DNA of 64,000 bases from the human T2T-CHM13v2.0 reference genome, Homo sapiens: the NCBI RefSeq assembly GCF_009914755.1, contig NC_060927.1; one strand, given 5' to 3'. Every line of letters starts with the position of its first letter. The first letter of the stretch is position 1. A program made the position numbers and the translations under genes. Positions 24,316 to 37,545 of the stretch are shown here, in pieces. The notes under the pieces are model-generated. The model did not search any database. It was not told where the DNA came from and worked only from the letters and a program-made list of their open reading frames with translations.

Positions 24316-27300
24316 AAATAAATCTGGAGAGACAGATGCACATAGAGAAACTGCTTAGCTAGAACAGAAGCCATAAAGTGGTAAGAACACTTAGTTGGTA
24401 AATTTGATAAATTGTTTGAGGCTGTGTAGACTATCTATCTTAACAGTGAGAAACCCCTTGACACTTCAGTCTTAGAAAAAACCCACACATTGTTGGGCTT
24501 TTCTGTCATTAACCCATCAGGTTCTCACTGTAGGGATCTGAGTACAAGAGAAGAGGAAGTGGAACTTTTGTGAAATATACACAGAATTTTTTCATAACCC
24601 CACAAATGACCTATTATCCATAAGAAAAGACATTGACAGGGACTCATTGCTTTTGGGAGAAGGAAATTCTTCCTGACTCTTGCCTTATCCAGGTTTAATG
24701 CCTTAGTAAGAAAGAAAAATAACATAATCAACAAGATTGTATAATAATTGAGAATAAACAAACATAAAATATTTACTTTTTTTATCCTTAATTGGCCTGA
24801 AAGAAAACTGTTTAAAACAATAGTAAATAACAATGTATTAAATGATTAAAGTGTATAGCAGGGTGAAATGAATTACAACAATATCACATGGGATGAGAGA
24901 AGAATTGGGAGTTCTCTATTATAAGAGAACATGTACTACCCATAAGATAGTGTAGTGTTATTTGGAGACAGACTTAGATTAGTTAAAAGTGCATATTTCA
25001 ACTCTAAATCACTAAAAGAATGTTTAATTGCAATTTTTACATAAATAGAGGAGGCAAAATGGTCTTATATAATATGCTTAGTTAAAACCAAAGAAGGCAT
25101 AAGGGTATGTATGGGAGATGGGGAACAAAGAACATAAGCAATGAATAAAAAGAGTTTCAAACAAGGTAAGTACAAATGTACCTCAACCAATCATCACATT
25201 AAATGTGAATGGTTTAAACATACCAAGTAAAAGACAGAGATTGTCAGGATAGAATAATAAAAAACAAAAGCTCAAATATAAGTTGTCTGTAAAAAACTCA
25301 CTTTAAATACAAGGACAGAGATATTTTAAGGGTAAAGAGATATAAAATATATGCCATGCTAACACTAATATAGAACAGCTATATTCATAAGGGACAAAAA
25401 ACAGATTTCCAAAGCCTGAGGACCACATGGTAACAACAAGGTTAATTCTCTAAGAATACATAGCAACACTAAATGTGTATGCACCTAACAACATATCACC
25501 AAAATGTATGTCTCCAAAACAGAAAGAAGTGAAGGGGAAAATAGACAACTTTATTATTAGGGTTTGAAATTTTAACACCAAAAATTGGAAGCAACCAAGA
25601 TGTTCTTCAACAAGTGAGTGAATAAATAAACTGCAGTGCATCCCATTCATACAATGAAATATTACTCAGCAAAAAAAAGAAAAAATATTATGAAGCATGC
25701 AAAAAAAAAAAAGACAACAAGAATCTCAAATGCATATTGCTAAGGGGAAGAAGCCAATCTGAAAAGTCTTCATACTGTATGATTGTGATTTTGTGACATG
25801 CTGTAAAAGGTAAAACTATAGAGCTAAGAAAAAGATTACATGTTGCCAGGGGTTTGGGGTAAAGGGAAAAATATTTAATAGAAGGTACATAGGAGATTTA
25901 TTTTTGGGCAGTGAAACTATTCTGTATAATACTGCAGTGATGCATACATGATATTATGAATTTGTCAAAACCAAGAGACCATTACGGCATAAAAAATGAA
26001 CCTCAATGTATATAAATTTTGTGAAAATTTGGAGATCAAGCATTCTCCAGTGGAAGGCAGAATGGGGTAAAACAGTTTTACAATATTACAGATTAGTGAA
26101 ACAACCTCACTGAAGGAGATGAAAAAGGTGCTGACCTAAGTAACTTTAGAAATAAATAGAGACTATAAAATGAAGACAAAAGAACTAGACATAAAAATTG
26201 CACTCTCTTTGATGAAGCTTTTACCTGTGGAGATACAATTTAACAATATTGCAACAACAAATGTATACTGGAATTGAACAATTAAACAAATGGATGGTAC
26301 ATGGTAAGAACCATATTTATCTATTGGAGTAGGAGATTACAACAGATAAGCAATGAAAGAAAATGAGAGTGATTCATGTGGTAATGGATTAGAGTTACAG
26401 ACATCAGTGTGAATTTATTTATGTTTACCTTGTATTAGATATGGATGGTTATATATAGAAATATCAATATGCATATGTTCAAGTGTTTGTATACTTTCAT
26501 ATTTCCTTGCTCTACCAACTGATGGCCTCGGAGGAGTGATGTCCCAGGAGCAAAGGGCATATTCCTTGATTCTAGGACTGGTACAGAAGCAAGGACACCT
26601 AAGTAGTTACAAGCACACTTTCATCCAGAATTTGATTTCTAATACTAGCTTCTTATATCTGTTCCTACTACCAGAGCTTCTTGGAAAAGTGGCAATTCTC
26701 AAACTAGGGTAAGACATATACAAGATAAAACTGATGCATCCTGTGTTTTCAAAAAGTAAAGCGTTTCTAACAACAGAAACAATCCACAAAACATAATAAC
26801 GGGGATATGTCAGTGGTACAAAGGCACCAACTGAAGAGCTCCCAACCCACAAAAAGGGAATGATTTCAGTAACAAAATTAATAAAGTAGTATTGGGTTGT
26901 AATACGAAATATTAAATGAATATTCATGATTTCACACTAATATGAATAAATTATTGGATAAGCAAATTAATATAGGAGAATAGAAATACTTGAAGAAAGG
27001 GATTTCAAATAATTTTTGTAGATATTCTGCCCTCAAGCAGGTGAAGCCCTCACTCCTTAAGTACGGGCTGCATGTAGTACTTCCAACCAAAAATACAGCA
27101 TAGAAAGGGGAAAAAAAAGAAGAACTTAAAAGTGAGAAACTTTGCAAACACTCCTCAGACAGGTGATCAAGAAAAATATCAACAGTGACAATTCGAGTAG
27201 ATAGTATGTAGCCTTAACAAGATGTAGTAAAAATGGCTTTGATCCTCCTTGGTTTTCTTTTAAAAATCCATAACGCTAAGTCTAATCATGAGAAAACATT

Positions 27301-27517
27301 AGACAAATTTCAGTTAAGGGGCATTCTACAAAATGTGTGACTAGTGCTCCTCAAAATTTTAAATGTCATCAAAACATGGAAAATTTGAAAAACTGTTGTA
27401 ACTAAGAGCCAAATGAGATATGATGAATAAACATAATGTGGTATCCTGTATGGAATTTAGGAGAAGAAAAAGGAGATAAGCAAAACTAAGGAAATATGAA
27501 TAAATTATGGGACTTTA

Positions 27518-27553
27518 GCCTATCTAACTCAGTTGGTAGAGAATGAGACTCTT
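27518..27553 (+). pseudogene. 5' half of tRNA-Lys(CTT), tailless retrocopy
   Basis: 30/36 identity to remembered GCCCGGCTAGCTCAGTCGGTAGAGCATGAGACTCTT, ending at the anticodon; TTATG(G)GACTTT repeated on both flanks. Confidence 0.75.
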
Positions 27554-27721
27554 CAGTTATGGACTTTGATAATAATGTATCGGTATTGGTTCATTAATTG
27601 TGACAAACGTACATACTAATATATGATGTTAATAATAGGGAAACTGAGTCAGGGTAAAGGGAAACTGTCCTATCTTTCAATTGTTCTGAAATATAACGCT
27701 ATTCTAAAATAAAAGTTTATT

Positions 27722-30700
27722 AACTTATTTATTCATTTATTTTTAATTATTTCAACTTTTATTTTAGATTCATGGGGTACATGTGCAGTTGTGTTGTATG
27801 AATATATTGCATGATGCTGAAGTCTGGATTATGATTGATTCCATCACCCAGTACCCAATAGTTCATTTTTCAACCCTTGCCCCATCTCTCATTCCCCACT
27901 CTAGTAGTCACCAGTGTCTACTGTTGCCATCTTTATGTCCCCGTATACCCAATGATTAGCTCCCACTTATACATGAGAGCATGCAGTATTTGGTTTTCTG
28001 TTCTGCATAATTCACTTAGGATAATGGCCTCCAGCTGCATCTGTGTTGCTGCAAAGAAGATGATTTCATTCTCTTTTATGGCTGTGTAGTATTCCATGTT
28101 GTCTATGTACCATATTTTCTTTATCTAATCCACTATAATGGGAACCCCAAATGGGCACCTTGATTAATTCTGTGCCTTTACTGTTGTGAAGAATGCTGAG
28201 AGGCACATATGAGTGCATTTTTAATAAAATATTTTTTTCTTTTGTGTATGTACTCAGTAATGGAATTGCTGGGTCGAATGGTAGTTCTGTTTTAAGTTCT
28301 TTGAGAAATCTCCTAATTGCTTTGCACAGTGGCTGAACTAATTTACATTCCCACCAACAGTGTATAAGCATTCCTTTTACTAGGCAGCATTTGTTACTTT
28401 TTGAGTTTTTAGTAATAGAAATTCTAAATGGTATGAGATGGCATCTCATTGTGGTTTTGACTTGCATTTTCCTGATGGTTAGTGAAGTTAAGCATGTTTT
28501 TTCATGTGTTTGTTGGCCACTTGTATGTCTTCTTTTGAGAAGTTTCTGTTTACATCTTTTGACCATTTTTAATGGATTAGTTGGTTTTGGTTTTTCCAAT
28601 TGTTTAAGTTCCTTTAGATTCTAGATACTAGACCATTGCCATATATATAGTCTGTGAATATTTTCTCCCATTATGTAGGTTTTCTGATTACTCTGTTGAT
28701 AATTCCTTTTGCTTCACAGAATCTCTTTAGTGTAATTAGGTTCCACTTGTCAATTTTTGTTTTTGTTGCAATTGCTTTTGAGGACTTCATCATAAATACT
28801 TTCCTAAGGCTGATGTCCAGAAAGATGTATCTAAGTTTTCTTCCAGGATTCTTATAGTTTGCAATCTTAAATTTAAATCTTTAATCCGTTTTAATATTTG
28901 TTTATGATGAAAGGTAGGGGGTCCAGTTTCATCTTCTGCATATTGGTTAGCCAGCTATCCCAGCACCATTGATTGACTATGGAGTCCTTTCCGCATGCTT
29001 ATTTTTGTTGATTTTGTCAAAGATCATATGGCTATAGGTGTATGGCTGTCTGTCTGGGTTCTCTATTCTGTTCCATGAATGTATGTGTCTGTTTTGGTAC
29101 CAGTACCATGCTGTTTTTGTTACTGTAGCATGCTGTTTTGGTCACTCTAGCCTATAGTTTAAAGTTGGGTAATGTGATGTCTCCAGCTTTGTTCTTTTGC
29201 TTAGGATTGCTTTGAATTTTCAGGCTCTTTTTTTGCTCCATATGAATTTTAGAATAGTTTTTTCTAGTTCTGTGAAAAATGACTTTGGTAGTTTGATAAG
29301 GATAATGTTGAATCTGTAGATTGATTTGGGCATTATGGCTATTACAACAATATTGATTCTTCCAATCCATGAGCATGGAATGTTTTTTTTCATTTGTTTG
29401 TGTCATCTATGAATTCCTTCAACCGTGTTTTGTAGTTCTCCTTGTGGAGATCTTTCACCTTCGATGTTAGATGTAGTCCTAGGTATTTTTGTGTGTGTTC
29501 CTATTGTAAATGGGATTGCATTCTTGATTTGGCTCTCAGCTTCAACATTATTGGTGTATAGAAATGCTACTGATAGCATTTCTATCAGTGTAACTATACA
29601 TTTATTTTGTATCCTGAAACTTTACTGATGTCATTTATCAGTTCTCAAAGCCTTTTGGTGGAGTCTTTCGGGTTTTCTAGGTGTAAAATCATATCAGCAA
29701 AGAGAGACTTTGACTTCTTCCTTTTCTATTTGGGTGTCTTTCATTTCTCTCTTGCCTGATTGCTCTTGCTGGGACTGCCAGTATTAGGTTGAATAGAAGT
29801 AGTGAGAGTAAGCATCCTTGTCTTCTTCTAGTTCTCCAGGAAAATGTTTCCAATTTGTGCACACTCAGTATGATGTTGGCTGTAGGTTTGCCGTAGATCA
29901 CTCTTATTATTTTGAGGTATATTCCTTTGATGCCTAGTTTCTTGAGGGATTTTATCATGATGGGGTGTTGGATTTTATCTAAATCTTTCTCCACATCTTT
30001 TGAGATGATCATGGGGTTTTTGTTTTGAATTCTGTTTATGTGTTAAATCACATTTAATTGATTTGTATATGTTGAACCCAGCGTGCATCCCAGAAATGAA
30101 GCCTACTTGATCATGGTGAATTAACTTTTTGATGCGCTGCTGGATTCAATATGTTGGTATTTTGTTGAGGATTTTTGTGTCTATGTTCATCAGAGATATT
30201 AGCCTTTAGTTTTCTTTTTTCATTTTGCCTTTGCGAGCTTTTGGTATCAGGGTGATGCTGGCTTCATAGAATTAGTTAGGGACGAGTCCCTCATGCTTGA
30301 TTTTTTTGAAATAGTTTTGATAGAATTGGTACCTTGCCCTCTTTGTATGTCTGGTAGAATTTGGCTGTGAATTATGTAGTCAGGCTTTTTTGGTTGGTAG
30401 AATTTTTAATGCCAATTCCATTTCAGAACTCAATATTGGCCACTTCAGAGTTTCAATTTCTTCCTGCTTCAATCCTGAGAGGTTGTGTTTCTAGAAATTT
30501 ATCCATTTCCTCTAGATTTTCCAGTTTGTGTGAATAGATATGTTTATAATAGTCTTTGAGAAACTTTTGTATGTCTCTGGATTGGTTGTAATGCCACCAT
30601 TGTATTTTTGATTGCGCTTATTTGGATCTTCTCTCTTTTTTCTTTGTTAATCTAGCTAGAGTCTATCAATATTGTTTATCCTTTCAAAAAATAATTTTTG

Positions 30701-31195
30701 GTTTTGTTGATTCTGTGGGTGAATTTTGGGGTCTCAAGTTTCCTAAGCTCTGCTCTGATTTTAGTCATTTCTTTTCTTGTGCTAATTTTGGGGTTAGTTT
30801 GTTTTTGTTTTTATAGTTCCTTTAGGTGTGATGTTAGATCATTAATTTGAGGTCTTTCTAACTTTTCGAGGTAAGTGTTTAGCACTATAAACATTCATCT
30901 TAATCCTGCTTTTGCTGCATCCCAACGATTTTGGTATGCAGTGTTTCTGTTTTTATTTATTTCAAAAAAACTTTTGACTTCTGCCTTAATTTAGTTGTTT
31001 ACCCAGAAGTCATTCAGTAGCAAGTTGTTTAATTTCCATGTAAATTGCCTAGTTTTGAGAGATCTTCTTGGTATTGATTTCTACTTTTATTCCACTGTGA
31101 TCTGAGAGTATCGTTGGTATTATTTCAGTTTTTTTTAATTTATTGAGACTTGCTATATGGTTAAGTATGTGTACATTCCTCTAATCTGCACACAG
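27722..31195 (-). mobile_element. Old L1PA (approx. PA15-16), 5'-truncated, ~3.5 kb
   Basis: Antisense ORF2 remnants (ORF 28066-28599 and 29689-30012 resemble L1 ORF2p); TSD AATAAAAGTTTATT at 27708-27721 and 31196-31209. Confidence 0.92.
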
Positions 31196-32201
31196 AATAA
31201 AAGTTTATTTTTAAACAAATAGGCTTCTTTCTACACTTGAGTGGAAGATCTTCTGAATAAACATCTAGTGTTTATGTTCTTCATAATATGTAGAATTTAT
31301 TTAAAAAACAAATTATTAGGTTAGCTCTGTGTTTCAAATATATAGTACAGTATTTCAATTCCTTAAATAGGCTGATTGTTTATCTTAGTCATTGAAAGAA
31401 AAAATATAAATAAATATATGACTTCACATCTCTACTTTCAATTTGTCTTTTATGGGGATGAAGAGAACATGTTCTTTCCTCTATTTTAGTTTCTTAAACA
31501 TTTGTGGATATATGTTACAGTTTATGAAGCATACCAAAGATAAGGAAACTGTTGGAATTCTAATTTGATCACTAATTATTTATATAAGATTAAGAGAGTC
31601 TTTCTGGGACTTATTTTTGTTTCTATGTATATAAAGTGGTCTGAATAGATTAAGTGATTTTAACTTATTATGTGGCTTTCATAAGTGCTCTGAATTTTTT
31701 TTTGCAAATTTAACTATTGCAAAATAAACATTTTAGAGTTTTGATCATATTTTTAAAATTATCAGTTACCCACAAAGTGGTTAAGATCCTCCGGTCTTAC
31801 TGATGTTTGTAGCTGGGGTATTAATTCTGTAGAGACCTTGAAGATGGTGCTCTGACTACTGTTGACAAATATCAGTAAGTATCAAAATACTTTTACGACA
31901 TTGAGTTCTGTACAATAGTGATTATAGTTAAAAATATAAGATAGGTTCTGGAAGGACTTCAGAGTTATCAAGAACCATGGAGTCCTTACCATTTAAGTTC
32001 TTTTTCATCAATGAAAGAAATTAAGACCCAGAGGAAAAGATTTATAGAAACATCATCTTAAAGCATCTTATAGAATCATTTAAAGTGGTTATGCTATCCT
32101 TTGCTGTCCACAAAGATGAGCTGCTATAATTTCAGTACAATTTCAGACAAGATGAACTAAAACACCTAATTCATAATTTAAGTGGCTTATTTCATTCATT
32201 C

Positions 32202-32527
32202 TTTTTTTTTTTTTTTTTTTTTTTTTGAGACAGTGTCTCACTCTGTCACCCAGGCTGGAGTTCGGCAGTACAATCTCAGCTCACTGCAACATCCATCTCC
32301 TAGATTAAAGAGATCCTCCTGCCTCAGCCTCCTGAGTAACTGGGATTACAGGCACATGCCGCTATTTTCAGCTAATTTTTGTATTTTTAGTAGAGACAGG
32401 ATTTCACCATCTTGGCCAGGCTGGTGTTGAACTCCTGACCTCAAGTGATCCTCCCACCTCAGACTCCCAAAATGCTGGGATTGCAGGCATGAGCCACTGC
32501 ACCTGACCTGAGCCACCGCACCCAGCC
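32202..32527 (-). mobile_element. Old Alu (J/early S) with duplicated 5' 19 nt
   Basis: Poly-T plus dimer; TSD ATTTCATTC(A/T)TTC at 32189-32201 and 32528-32540. Confidence 0.93.
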
Positions 32528-33571
32528 ATTTCATTCTTTCATTTTTATTCTTAAATTCACTTACGCATTTAGCAAATAATAATGTTGTAATATATGTTAA
32601 GCTTAGTGTTAGGTGCCTTGGACACAGAAACAAATATATATCTATTATTTCTTGAGTGTCTACTAAGTGCTTTAGCGTAATTAACTTCCAAAACATTTTA
32701 AATATCTAAAAACATGGAGACTGGGAAAAAGTACATTACTTATCCAAACCTCTACAGAGAGTAAGCTGCAGATTAGAACTTAAAACTTAGGTCTGACTTC
32801 CCCCTAAACTATATTTTTGTCATCTTTCCTATCCCCCCAAGCCCTGCCTTTAAAGGGTTTAAGAGCTTTTTGGTAAAAATAGGCACTTGGACATGTGAAC
32901 AGCAACAGGAATATCACAATACCCAGCAAAGAAATTTAACATAAATCTGACATAATTTATTGCATGCCTATCTCGTTACTAAAATCTTTTGTAAATTTTA
33001 AATATGAAGGGCAGTACTATGCTCAAAATTACATAGAAATATTTTTTCAAAAACATTCAAAATGACAAACTTTAAAGCTAGAGATGGTCGGTCTTTGGTA
33101 CTGCCATCCTATTTCCTAACTGAGGAAGATAATGCTCTGTGATGCAACATGCATTGCAGCATGCCACATTGCATAGACATCTGAATCCCACAGGAACCAG
33201 AGCCTGAGTTAAAAAAGAAAACAGTGACTCAGAATTCAAGACTTCTGGCCTTAGTTGATTCAAGATGTCATTTTTTCAGTTTTTATTTTTTTTCCTCCAG
33301 ATCAAATTTCAGTAAAATGTGACAGTAAGACTTTATTGTATGTGCCTCTTATTTCTCCTTTAGTTTATAAAATATTTTGGTGTTCTCTGACTATTGCTGA
33401 ATTGTATGCTTGGATATTAAACATAATAAAGTTCCATCTACTTTCATAATGAATGAAATAGTAGTATTTGTTTTTATGTAATGTTTAAGAGAATCCATAG
33501 CCTTTTATGTGTGTAGATGGTAGAAAGCTATAATTTCACTAAAAGCAGAAGAGATCTAGCTGGTGGGGAGA

Positions 33572-33999
33572 CAGTGTTGTATCGGAGCTAGCTTGTACCT
33601 GCTCATACCATCTGGTTATTAAATATTCAGGAATTTTACAAACCAATTGTGAAATATAGCCATTATTAAAAAATAAACTGTATAGACTTATAACTAAGTA
33701 AAAATATTAGAATGAAAGCATAAATAACCAAACTCATCACTTCTTAATTCTTTTACTACATCTTACTATTACCTGTGTTCTCATTATTTTACACTCACTG
33801 CCTTTGCATGGTAAAACGACTCCTTATGAGAGTGTACTACCACCCGTGGTTTTCTTCACTCTGTGTTCAGTGACATAATTTTTGTAGCTTAAAATTGGCC
33901 ATGTTGGGAGTATTTATGCTGTAGAAATTGACTTATGCTACGGTTCAGGGATTTTTATCTCAGATATCCAGTTGTTAAACATGTGTCAGCATGCCACTG
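33572..33999 (+). mobile_element. MER63-family hAT DNA transposon
   Basis: Imperfect TIRs CAGTGTTGTATCGG...TCAGCATGCCACTG; internal aaatattcaggaatttt motif. Confidence 0.75.
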
Positions 34000-34189
34000 A
34001 GAATAGAGGAATATCACAAATATTGATCAGCTTCTGCTATTCACAAATTCAACCCTACTTCAACATTATAATCTTGTGTTCAAACCTGATAAGCTACTTT
34101 TTGTCAGGATCAGGTCCTAGTTTGGTATGTTTTGAGTAAAATTCCCAAATAGATTAGAGTATATGTAGTTTGAGGATGAAGTGAATGTA

Positions 34190-34426
34190 ATATTTGATGT
34201 TATTGATATTTGCAACTATGAGGGGATATATCTGAAGGCAAAACCTAACATGCAGAGGATGGCTGAGCAGGAAGAAGAGTGAATCCTTGATGATGATATT
34301 GAATCACAACACTAATTAATTTTGGAGTCACACTTCAGCCACCTTGTCATGTGAAAAATATATTCTTTAAAGCCACTTTTAATTGTGGTGTGTATTATAT
34401 GCAGCAGAAAGTAACCTAACTAATAC
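34190..34426 (+). mobile_element. Old MLT1 (J/K/L-like) LTR fragment
   Basis: Ends tttaaagccactttt...gcagcagaaagtaacctaactaataca. Confidence 0.6.
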
Positions 34427-35847
34427 ACCGATTACCCATTTTATAGATAAAAGTCAGCTAATTCCTACAGCCACGACATTTAGGAAAGTTCATGTAAGGT
34501 CTTATTAGCACTTCTATTTTAAAGGCTTGTCTTTTTTGTTTTTTAATTTTAAGCATAACTTTAATTATAGCTTCCAGTATATAAAAGCATTATTTGAACC
34601 TGGGTCAACATGAAATGCAACCAGAAACTTTAAAAAAGTGTAAGCACTGCAAATATATATTTGTATAATAACGGGTACTGATGACTACGATGGATATCTA
34701 ATATCTAACTGAAAATAAATATAGTTTTCCTTAGGAAAGGAAAAGACATCAGAACCCAGTTATTCAAATACTTACTTAGGCCTTTCTTAAGTAGGGGAGG
34801 TTGTTTATAGCCATAAGATACTTATCAAACGTAATAAATAAGCACATTTCCAATTATAAACTAATGAGTAGATTTTATTAAACATTATTCTTACAATTCC
34901 TTGAAAACTCTAGTAGTTATAGAAAGAGCACAAAGTATTCTGATTTTATGCTTTTAAAAATGTGACCCTTTAACAGAGAAACTCCACTTAGGTTTAATAA
35001 GACATATTTGACATTCTACTATCATTCAAAACCCCTGAGATTGGTTACACAAAAGTTATATCAACTAATACAAAAATAATGATTATATGAAGTTATTTAT
35101 TCTGTGTAATGAACAAATACTAATTAATGAAATAGACTTATACTGTAATTATGACTTTTTATATTCTAGCAAAAACAATGAAATTGGGAGGTTTTAAATT
35201 CAACCTATAGTCTGAAATCCAATATTATTCTAGCAAAAGGAGAGAAAGAGAATGAAATAGAGAAGAGACAGATGAATATTAAGAAATGATTTAGAATAGG
35301 TAAACAGTAAAATAGTAATAAATAATACAACATTGGTTAATATGGCAGTTGATTTACCTTGTGAGGTGTCAAAAATCTGAAAGGTAGCTGAAGAAACTTT
35401 TGGCAGTTTCTTGGAAGAAGTGAGTAATTCATTCTCCTAAATTCAAGCTTAGTGTATATGGGTAGTTCTCAAGTAACATGAAATGAGTATAATACTATCA
35501 CTGGCTTAATATCTACTAAAAGGGAAATTGTGTGTATGTATGTAAATGGGTTTACATGCATTTACAAAAGAATGGATTGGATATTTTTAAATGACAGTAG
35601 AGGAACTTATACTTGTGACCATATATAAACACACTGATATTGGACAAAATATATAAGAAAACTTTTCAGGCCTTGAACAAAAGACAGCACAGGCTTACAG
35701 TTTTTGAAAAAAAAAAAAAAAACTCATAAAAGTGTGTCTCATGATTGAACCTACTCTCTGCCTGAGAACAATTTCCTAAACTGTGAAAGAAGGAGCTGAC
35801 ACACAAGCATAGCACGACAGTCCCACTGAAGCTAAGGCAGAAGTTAG

Positions 35848-36138
<291 letters not shown>

Positions 36139-36477
36139 GAAAGTAGATTTAAGAGTTGCTGAAGGAGGTAGAATCTGTGGACTAGGGCACCAGAGAGCAG
36201 GGAGCTAATTTGAGTAGGAACCCCAGAGTTTGTGTGGGAGCTCTTGTAGGGTGTCTGGCTATGGGATAATCTTTACAAGCTCAGGAAGAGACTATGGGAG
36301 GCTGCAAAGCAAATAAGTACTAAAGACTTGAGAGTAGAACAGAAGCTGAAGATTGCATGGTTATGGAAGAACCCAATGCCCCAACTCAGCTAGAGTGCAA
36401 AAATCTTATTAATATCCTGAGTATTCAACTGAGACATCAAGAAGTTCATTCCTTAAGTATAGACCATGTTCTACAGC

Positions 36478-36672
36478 AAGAGACAGCAAATGTTTTCTGA
36501 CCCTGGTCCCTATAATCTCTGTTCCAACTTCTTAACCTTGCTTTTGAGATGTGAAAGCATCTATAGAAAATACATAAATAAATAGGTGTGGCCATGTTCC
36601 ACTACAGCTTTAATCATAAAATTAACAGGTATCAGTCGAGATTTGACCCACAGACCATAGTTTGCTGACCCT
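36478..36672 (+). mobile_element. MER58A-like hAT-Charlie element
   Basis: Ends gatttgacccacagaccatagtttgctgaccct; internal ggtgtggccatgttcca. Confidence 0.75.
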
Positions 36673-37412
36673 ACCCAAGAGTAAGGCCTATACAACACCT
36701 CCTTATTAAAGCGTAAAACTCAGCTTTGACAATATCCACAGGAAGACAGAGTTTAGAAATTAAGCCGTAGCAAGTTACAGGGGCTTGAGAAAAAAAATTA
36801 GGCATTGCACAGATATGTTCAACAAAGCATAAAACTAAGTGAATACAAGTTTAAGGTAAATAGGCTATGATAGAGCTACTTATTTGAACAAAAATCAGCA
36901 ATTTTCTGGAAAAAAAAATCCAAAATCCAGTTTATCTAAATTACATCATCCAAGATGTCCAGTATAAAATTGAAAAAATTAAATAAATAAAAACAGATTT
37001 TAAAGTCATCCTGAGGTTTAATTTATCAAATAAAAACTTAAAGGAAACTATTGTTCATTTCAAGGAATAAAATGAAAATATGCTTTTAATGTTATATAGA
37101 TGAGGTATCTAAACAGAGACATGAAAAATATAAAAGCAAATGAAATAGAAAATCTACAACAAAAATGCAGTAACTAAAATCTTAAATCCATATGAGCTTT
37201 ACAGATGACTGAAGGTAGAAAAAGAAAGTGTCAATGGATTTCAACCAAATAAATAGAAGTTATCCAATGTTAAGAAATAAAAATATTGAAGAAAATATAA
37301 TAGCAACTCAAGCATACAGGACAATATCAAAGGATCTTAGCAAATGTTTAACTAATATCCTAGAAAGACAAGTGAGAAAGGGGTGAAAAAAGTATTTAAA
37401 GAAGTAATAGCT

Positions 37413-37545
37413 GGCTAGACGTGGTGGCTCACATCTGTAATCCCAGAACTTTGGGAAGTCAAGGCGGGAGGATTGCCAGAGGCTAAGAGTTCAAGACCAG
37501 CCCAAGCAACACAAGGAGACCTTATCTCTAAAAACAAAAATACAT
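37413..37545 (+). mobile_element. FLAM / free left Alu monomer
   Basis: Single ~120-bp monomer with an A-rich tail. Confidence 0.8.

Larger units (their letters stand above)
23875..27721 (+). mobile_element. Old L1M (L1MC/MD-type) remnant with internal deletions
   Basis: Decayed ORF2 endonuclease-region motifs (acattaaatgtgaatgg, aatgtgtatgcacctaacaac) and a long 3'UTR ending ctattctaaaataaaagtttatt. Confidence 0.75.

Noticed and set aside
23856-24374. 172-aa minus-strand ORF
   Set aside because: Read-through of an Alu in antisense, giving a typical Alu-derived peptide.
27518-27553. Functional tRNA-Lys gene
   Set aside because: Only the 5' half is present; no B box, T arm or 3' acceptor strand.
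28066-30012. ORFs resembling reverse transcriptase / L1 ORF2p
   Set aside because: Frameshifted remnants of a 5'-truncated, inactive L1.
33145-33166. Possible p63 autoregulatory element (two CATG cores)
   Set aside because: Cores are 8 nt apart rather than 6, and the flanks fit RRRCWWGYYY poorly.
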